Virus record (IMG/VR): IMGVR_UViG_3300028886_001624
Span: 115,816 to 135,815 of that record
Source: an uncultured virus (IMG/VR IMGVR_UViG_3300028886_001624)
Taxonomy: Duplodnaviria; Heunggongvirae; Uroviricota; Caudoviricetes
Reading direction: 5' to 3' (one strand)
DNA: 20,000 bases
A model generated the notes under the pieces. It had not been told where the DNA came from and did not search any database. It saw nothing but the letters and a program-made list of their open reading frames with translations. Shown in pieces: positions 14,267 to 20,000 of the stretch; position 1 is the first letter of the stretch, and the number at the start of each line of letters is the position of its first letter. The position numbers were made by a program, and so were the translations under genes.

Positions 14267-15364
14267 ATGAATAAAACGATTCTTAATTATATTAACAAGT
14301 GTGAGGGATGGAAGAGAAACATAAAGGGACTCCATTGGAATTCAAAGAATCTCTCACAACATAAGTTATGTGATGATATTGCTGATGCAATATCTGAATT
14401 CGAGGACTTGGTTTCCGAGATTGAACAATCTATCAGTGGTAAGTTGAATACAAATGCGTTTTCACCCACAAAGAGCAAGGAGACATCCTTGAAGGCATTT
14501 GTTGAGGGTGTCATTTCCGATAGTCAGAGATTCTTGAAGAAACTCGATAAGATGGGAAAGGAGTATGTGGGTATCAAGAGCGAGTGTGAGACGTTCATAG
14601 GTACAATGCAGAGAAATCTCTATCTTGTTAACTTCACGCTCAAGGAAGACCTCAAGAGAAGGCTTAGGAACGAGTTGAATGAGTCTAAGAAGGGGGGAAT
14701 AAGGGTGTCCGAGGCCGAACTGAAGGGAATCTTGCATGAAAGTGTTGCAAAGGCTTTGCGGAATATCATGGAAATGAACGAACTGTATTCTGATTGGTAT
14801 GACGAGGAGGACTATTCCGGTAACATTGGTGAAGAGGGAATGGTTAGGTCGTATGATATTGGTGGGTATTACGTTGACCAAGCCGAGGAGGATGCCATGG
14901 AGAATGGATACGGTGACGATGTTGCGGGTTATCTTGAATATTGGTTCGGCGAGATTCAGCCGGACTGTCCTTGGTATTGGCAGAAGGTCGGAAGCGGATA
15001 CGGATATAACGGAAAAACGCTTTTCTCAAACGACGGAATCGTATGCAAGGACATATTCGGGCAGATAATGGTTGATGAGTATCCGATTGGTGACGCTAGG
15101 AGGGGACAGAGAGCCGAGAGCAAGGAGGCCATGAAACTGACCGAATCCGAATTGGGGGAAATAATTCAAGATGCCGTGATTAGCCTAGTAAGGGAAAAAA
15201 TAGAAATCGACCCGGAGAACAAGGGAAAGTTTACTAAGACGCAGAAAAAGACCGGTAAGTCAACTGAGGAACTGTGTCACTCCAAAAATCCTCTGACTAG
15301 GAAAAGAGCAAACTTCGCAAAGATGGCCAAGCGAAATTGGAAACCTCTTAATAAGAAAAATTAA
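14267..15364 (+). CDS. mosaic 365-aa protein with N-terminal Dps/ferritin-like helical domain, two (L/V)(T/S)ExEL..I motifs and a basic C-terminal module
   Basis: LHW...HKLCDDIADAISEFEDLVSE ferritin-like pattern; VSEAELKGILHE and LTESELGEIIQD; C-terminal ENKGKFT...RKRANFAKMA. Confidence 0.7.
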   Translation: MNKTILNYINKCEGWKRNIKGLHWNSKNLSQHKLCDDIADAISEFEDLVSEIEQSISGKLNTNAFSPTKSKETSLKAFVEGVISDSQRFLKKLDKMGKEYVGIKSECETFIGTMQRNLYLVNFTLKEDLKRRLRNELNESKKGGIRVSEAELKGILHESVAKALRNIMEMNELYSDWYDEEDYSGNIGEEGMVRSYDIGGYYVDQAEEDAMENGYGDDVAGYLEYWFGEIQPDCPWYWQKVGSGYGYNGKTLFSNDGIVCKDIFGQIMVDEYPIGDARRGQRAESKEAMKLTESELGEIIQDAVISLVREKIEIDPENKGKFTKTQKKTGKSTEELCHSKNPLTRKRANFAKMAKRNWKPLNKKN

Positions 15365-15547
15365 AAACAAATAAGAGTTGAGGTGATTCCTCAACTCTTT
15401 CTTTTTATCGTTTCTATTGTATTTCTTTCTGTTCTTGTGAACTTTTGTGACAGATACGAAGTGTCCTCCGCCGTTCCTTTCGAAAGAATCGGCCCTTGAA
15501 ATGAATCTGATGATGTCAGATTGTTTGTTTGACTTTGGAATTTTCAT
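15260..15547 (-). CDS. ArfA/BrfA-like basic protein, probably expressed from a non-stop mRNA
   Basis: Start overlaps the upstream stop (ATGA); FVSVTKVHKNRKKYNRNDKKK; terminator inside the ORF. Confidence 0.6.
   Translation of the reverse strand: MKIPKSNKQSDIIRFISRADSFERNGGGHFVSVTKVHKNRKKYNRNDKKKELRNHLNSYLFLIFLIKRFPISLGHLCEVCSFPSQRIFGVTQFLS
15364..15406. terminator. bidirectional intrinsic terminator
   Basis: AAGAGTTGAGG-TGATT-CCTCAACTCTT (15373-15399), T-rich tails on both strands. Confidence 0.85.
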
Positions 15548-16293
15548 ACTCTTTCTAGTTTTCCGTCAGTTATCAAGAATGGTGCCCTGCAATCGATGCA
15601 AGCCCATTTATCCGTTATTACCGGCGAGTCGACCAATTGTGTGTGGCCGAATATCTGATAATCATATCCGTCCACAATTGAATCCTCGTTTATAACATAA
15701 TTATCTATTCCGGACTTTTCCAAGTCAAGTTTTTCTCTGATGTCTGACCATAATATCGAGCCGGTGTCATATCCTATGTATGTCCGGTATTTTGAAATGT
15801 CGGACAATGATGTTACACCGTCCCTAGACGTGATTAACCTATTTAGGTTATCGGCATTTAGTTCACCTATTATGGCTTTATTCCTTTCGTACCAAGAACG
15901 CATTACACCGGCGTGGGTGAAGAGATATTTCCTATTGTCTATGGTTTCCTCATGTGCCAACTTGAAGAGATTTCTGTTTGTTGTGTATATATCCCTATAG
16001 GTATATGCATTGCTAGAGGAATATCTAGTTGACCTTGGGAATGAGTCAAATATATAATGAAGGCAATGGTTGCCCAACAATAGGACAACCTTGTCTGCAT
16101 TATCGAGTTTGAACTTTACTATTTCCTTAAAATTATTAAGTTCATCCTTCCTTGATATACCCTCGTCCTCATATCTGTCGACGTAGTCACCTAGGAATAT
16201 AATCTTGCCTACATCGTTTCCGTGTGCCGCAACACCGTCCTTCCAAAACGTCCTTCCGTGGATGTCCGGAATTACCATCAGTCCTCTACCCAT
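15544..16293 (-). CDS. calcineurin-like metallophosphoesterase
   Basis: DIHG, GDYVDR, GNH, HAG, FGHT motifs. Confidence 0.92.
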   Translation of the reverse strand: MGRGLMVIPDIHGRTFWKDGVAAHGNDVGKIIFLGDYVDRYEDEGISRKDELNNFKEIVKFKLDNADKVVLLLGNHCLHYIFDSFPRSTRYSSSNAYTYRDIYTTNRNLFKLAHEETIDNRKYLFTHAGVMRSWYERNKAIIGELNADNLNRLITSRDGVTSLSDISKYRTYIGYDTGSILWSDIREKLDLEKSGIDNYVINEDSIVDGYDYQIFGHTQLVDSPVITDKWACIDCRAPFLITDGKLERV

Positions 16294-16925
16294 ATCTTCA
16301 AGTTATCGTTTCTTTCAATCTGTTCCTTTATTCTAGCGTCCAATTCATGCCAAGATATTGGCGTGAAATCGTTGAAGTCCACACCAACGTCATACTGTGT
16401 AGGGAAGAGCATGTTGAAGCACCGCTCACAGTCACGACCGGTATTCCTATGACGGACATTGGACAAATGAACGTGTCCGTGCAGTTGATATACAAGCGCG
16501 TTTTTGTCTCTGAAAGTTCCACTGTAGCACAAGAACGGGAAGTGGTTGAGATAGACTTTCCTGCCCTCTATTTCTATTAGCATCTGATGGGATGAGAATT
16601 CAAAGAGACGGTTATATTGCTCTTCCGTCTGAGGACCGTTCTTTCTGTCGTGGTTGCCCCTAATGAAAATTGTCTTGCCGTTTAGTCGCTCGAGAACATC
16701 CTTGTATGGCTTGAATCCTCCCCAAGCGAAATCACCCAAGTTAAAGACAATACCGTCTTCCGGAACCTTGTTGTTGTAGTTCTCAATCAAGGCTTCGTTC
16801 ATTTCTTGCACATCCTTAAACGGCCTCTTGCAGAATTTAAGGATATTCTCATGGTTGAAATGTAAGTCGGACGTGAAGAATATCTTTGAACCGTCTTCGT
16901 ATTTAAAATTTACTCTCGTTGACAT
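16278..16925 (-). CDS. calcineurin-like metallophosphoesterase (SDLHFNH type)
   Basis: SDLHFNH, LGDF, GNHD, HFP, HGHVH, DVGVD motifs. Confidence 0.92.
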   Translation of the reverse strand: MSTRVNFKYEDGSKIFFTSDLHFNHENILKFCKRPFKDVQEMNEALIENYNNKVPEDGIVFNLGDFAWGGFKPYKDVLERLNGKTIFIRGNHDRKNGPQTEEQYNRLFEFSSHQMLIEIEGRKVYLNHFPFLCYSGTFRDKNALVYQLHGHVHLSNVRHRNTGRDCERCFNMLFPTQYDVGVDFNDFTPISWHELDARIKEQIERNDNLKIWVED

Positions 16926-16936
16926 AATTTATTTTT

Positions 16937-17803
16937 TTAAATGTATTTTTTCAAATCTTCAATAACCAATGGATTTTCCACCAATTCCAATGTGTCATCC
17001 TTGTATTTTATGAAAACACTCTTGTCTTGGTTCATCCTAATTGATTCAATTTTGTCTTTCGATATATCCATTGGGATATATGTGAACAACGACGGATGCA
17101 AAAGCAAGACATCTTGCATCGACAATGGCTTGAAGGTGTTATCAGAACTAGATTCCAAAATACGGTTAAACTCAATTTCCCTTATTTTGCAAGACTTGGA
17201 ATAATTTCTGACAAACGTCTCCCACTTGAATAAGAGTTCTTGCAATGAAGAATCGTTCACGATAACTTTGTTCCCGCAATCATGCCAAGATATTGATGTT
17301 TCGGATTCATGATTGGAAATGTTATCCAATGTGGTTCTTGTGACGAACCAACAATCGCCGCCGATTGATTCAATCATTTTCTTTTCATTCTGAAACCTCA
17401 CATCGTCAAACACATAATCCGTGTTGAAATCCAACATTTCGTAAATCTTATTGACGTGCCAATCACTATTGTAGGACCGGATATAATCGGTACCTATAAA
17501 TTGCAGCATTTCCCTAACGGTATGTAGGGTTCTGCCATTGCACAATCCAAGTGTTATGTCTATGGGTATATCCGTTTTATCTGACAGTATTTTACAAATA
17601 TTCTCGTCAACCGTGAAATCTATCGCGGAATTGTCATTCTTAATCCTATTGAGTTCATCAACCGATATTTTTAGAATATCCGCACATAACTGTTTTAACG
17701 GTAAGGCAAAATATAGTTTCTTATAGCCGTATTTCTCACATACCTTGGCCAATTCACTTTTTCCGGCCCGGCATCTTCCGCAAAATGAAATTATCTTGGA
17801 CAT
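16937..17803 (-). CDS. deoxynucleoside monophosphate kinase (T4 gp1/T5 dnk-like)
   Basis: N-terminal P-loop GRCRAGKS, FALPLK, REMLQFIGTD, DDVRFQNE, HESE. Confidence 0.85.
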   Translation of the reverse strand: MSKIISFCGRCRAGKSELAKVCEKYGYKKLYFALPLKQLCADILKISVDELNRIKNDNSAIDFTVDENICKILSDKTDIPIDITLGLCNGRTLHTVREMLQFIGTDYIRSYNSDWHVNKIYEMLDFNTDYVFDDVRFQNEKKMIESIGGDCWFVTRTTLDNISNHESETSISWHDCGNKVIVNDSSLQELLFKWETFVRNYSKSCKIREIEFNRILESSSDNTFKPLSMQDVLLLHPSLFTYIPMDISKDKIESIRMNQDKSVFIKYKDDTLELVENPLVIEDLKKYI

Positions 17804-17811
17804 TTATATCC

Positions 17812-18093
17812 TTATTTTAAGGCATCATTTATTATGTTAATAAAATTGTTCTCCGGGACGTTTCCGACAATTTTGGTTACGACTTCATCATTATCATCCA
17901 ATAATATGATGGTTGGAACAGACCTAACTTGGTACTTCTCAGCCATTTCTCCGCCTTCATCTTCATCCACGTCCAATTCCTTGAATTCAATGTCTTTATA
18001 TTCCTCATTTTCCTGCACCTTTTCGAATGTCTTTGAAAATGCCTTGCATGGGCCACACCACTGCGCCCCCAATTTAATAATCTTCTTAAGCAT
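17812..18093 (-). CDS. trxA: thioredoxin
   Basis: WCGPC active site, LDVD, VRSVPT cis-Pro loop. Confidence 0.95.
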   Translation of the reverse strand: MLKKIIKLGAQWCGPCKAFSKTFEKVQENEEYKDIEFKELDVDEDEGGEMAEKYQVRSVPTIILLDDNDEVVTKIVGNVPENNFINIINDALK

Positions 18094-18109
18094 AATTTTT
18101 AATTTTTTT

Positions 18110-19903
18110 TTATAATTTTATTTTTTTGTGTTTTTTAAGAACATCAGAGAATGAGTTTATGCTCCTTTTTCCTCTTGTTGCCTCCATTTGAACACTTTTA
18201 TTTGTAAGTTTATTCTTATCTATCTTTTTTGCCTTGCTTATAATTTGTTTTGCGTTGTCTTTATTAAGTATTAACTTGGTCGGCTTTCTAAGAATCAAAT
18301 TAACCTTCCTCTCAATATTTTTGAGTATGGACAAATTAAGAGTGTTTGAAAAGTCAAAATCCTTAAACAACGACTCATCAACAAATCCTAGCACGTTCTT
18401 CGGTCTTGTGTATGCCACATACATAAGATTATATTCTTGGCGTATCTCCCAATCCTTTGATGCCGACTTGCTAGGCATTAGGGAGTCGCACAGAATAAAG
18501 ACACGGTCTGCTTCAAGTCCTTTTGCCTTATGTATTGTAGATAGGGCGATACCTTCACTTTTACTTGATGACTTGAATATTTTGTCAATCCTTTCAATGA
18601 CTTCATCAGCGCTTGTCATACCCTCAGACAGAATCTCGATTGCCTTTATAATATCTATCTTATTCTGTATCTGAGAATTTTTCATCGCCGTGATTTCATC
18701 AATTCCATATTTGCTCATTATCTTGTTTCTTGTCGTGAACAAGTCTTCATATAATCTTACAAACACGCCATCGTTATTGCAATCGACATTAAGAAGTGGT
18801 TGTGCGGTTGACCTAATTAGGGACTTAAGGTTGGAGCCAATGTCCTTTCCCCTTATATAAGCCTTTTTGTCTAACTTCAACAATAAATTGTAGGCTTGTA
18901 CGAGTGGCGCATTGTTTCTGCACAATACCATGTCACCCTCCTTTATGTCCTCAAGTCTGACATTCGGTATAATAGTGCCGTCACGGCCGTCATCATTTGA
19001 TTCAATTGACGGTACAATCTTTTTTGCAAAATCAACTATCTTTGAGGCACATCTGTATGATATGCTCAACGGGAGACATATTGTGTTCTCCATCGACTTC
19101 AATGCCTTGAAGGATTCATAGTCAGACCCTGCAAATCCGTATATGGCTTGTTTTTCGTCACCGACACTAATCATCCTAGTGTTTTCATTGAAACATCTGA
19201 GAACCAATTCCCTTTCGGCCACGTTCATATCTTGGCACTCATCAACGAATATATAGTCATATGTTTCATATACCGGCTTCAAGTCCAATACATTCGGTAA
19301 CCAAATCATATCAATGAAATCAATATTATCGAGGTCATTCTTGCCCAATTCCATAGCCTTGATGGCAAATTCCTTTTCATCTGCCATTGTATCTATTTCA
19401 TATCTTTCTTCTATGAAATCCAAGTCACTGACTTTATGACATAGATAATGCCTACCGTAGTTGACATATTTTATTATATTGTCAATATATTTAAAATACC
19501 TCTTACCTCTTAAGACATATGTGTTGATTGATGATAATTCTGAAACATTGTCCTTAATCAGTGTCTGATACTTAAAGTCTTGGATTGATAACATTTTCTG
19601 CGGGAAATTATTCTTTAAGAAAGAATATCCTAGGCTGTGAAGTGTCGACACATTAACGTTATCAAATTCCTTTGTTCTTTTTTTTAGTTCTGTTACTATA
19701 TCTTTATTAAATGCGGACAAGAGTATTCTTTTTGTCCTTGGAATATATTCGAGGCTTTTTATAATCGTTGTGGTTTTTCCGGCACCGGCACAAGCCTCAA
19801 TGACCAAATTTCCGTTACCATTCTGTATGTAATCAAATATGGCTTCTTGATACTTGCTAGGTGTATATTCTTTTTTTACTTCTATTTTTTTCTTTCTTCC
19901 CAT
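18110..19903 (-). CDS. SF1 UvrD/Rep-like DNA helicase
   Basis: Walker A ACAGAGKT, AFN, TLHS, VDECQD, VGDEKQAIYGF, SYRC, STIHKAKGLE, NLMYVAYTR. Confidence 0.95.
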   Translation of the reverse strand: MGRKKKIEVKKEYTPSKYQEAIFDYIQNGNGNLVIEACAGAGKTTTIIKSLEYIPRTKRILLSAFNKDIVTELKKRTKEFDNVNVSTLHSLGYSFLKNNFPQKMLSIQDFKYQTLIKDNVSELSSINTYVLRGKRYFKYIDNIIKYVNYGRHYLCHKVSDLDFIEERYEIDTMADEKEFAIKAMELGKNDLDNIDFIDMIWLPNVLDLKPVYETYDYIFVDECQDMNVAERELVLRCFNENTRMISVGDEKQAIYGFAGSDYESFKALKSMENTICLPLSISYRCASKIVDFAKKIVPSIESNDDGRDGTIIPNVRLEDIKEGDMVLCRNNAPLVQAYNLLLKLDKKAYIRGKDIGSNLKSLIRSTAQPLLNVDCNNDGVFVRLYEDLFTTRNKIMSKYGIDEITAMKNSQIQNKIDIIKAIEILSEGMTSADEVIERIDKIFKSSSKSEGIALSTIHKAKGLEADRVFILCDSLMPSKSASKDWEIRQEYNLMYVAYTRPKNVLGFVDESLFKDFDFSNTLNLSILKNIERKVNLILRKPTKLILNKDNAKQIISKAKKIDKNKLTNKSVQMEATRGKRSINSFSDVLKKHKKIKL

Positions 19904-19920
19904 TATATTTTTGGTTTATT

Positions 19921-19957
19921 TAATGCAAAGATATATAAAAAATATGAAAATAACAAG
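19921..19957 (-). promoter_or_regulatory. promoter for the helicase-to-ArfA-like operon
   Basis: Minus TTG...TTTTTATATATCTTTGCATTA; -7 box at 19926-19933. Confidence 0.8.
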
Positions 19958-20000
19958 ATATTTATAAAGAAAATAACTTATATTAAAATCTTTAAAAATA

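Noticed and set aside
9210..19121. Numerous antisense ORFs overlapping well-supported genes (e.g. 9455-9688, 12972-13334, 13859-14335, 14462-14881, 16224-16580, 18234-18674)
   Set aside because: Shadow frames of genes with recognisable motifs on the other strand
1..20000. Stop-codon reassignment (TAG=Gln, as in Lak and some crAss-like phages)
   Set aside because: Genes are intact and densely packed in code 11; TAG ends the 11568-11972 gene one base before the next ATG, and TGA also ends several genes

Overview
AT-rich segment of what is most likely a large lytic bacteriophage of a Bacteroidota host (Prevotella/Bacteroides-like). The evidence is TAnnTTTG (-7) promoters in front of most transcription units, A-rich start contexts without Shine-Dalgarno, small orphan ORFs, a tRNA-Pro(UGG), a phage sigma-70 factor, two metallophosphoesterases, a dNMP kinase, thioredoxin and a UvrD/Rep-type helicase. 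The standard code 11 fits. Layout: (1) 1-6100, small early-type genes, many preceded by a near-identical ~70-85 bp promoter/RBS cassette; (2) 4114-4470, two tandem ORF-less tRNA-like structured RNAs with compensatory base changes, their own promoter and a terminator (most striking finding); (3) 7187-7870, sigma factor, followed by a non-coding convergence zone with a parS-like palindrome, C-tracts and seven ~49-bp A-tract repeats (candidate origin or packaging terminus); (4) 8432-11972, an interleaved array of two paralog families; (5) 12099-15364, + strand probably late genes with an upstream ATATTTAT motif (ART-like, holin-like, ferritin-like mosaic); (6) 15260-19903, a minus-strand metabolism operon ending in an ArfA/BrfA-like ORF whose terminator lies inside the reading frame. 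No database search was possible, so family calls come from motif recognition only.
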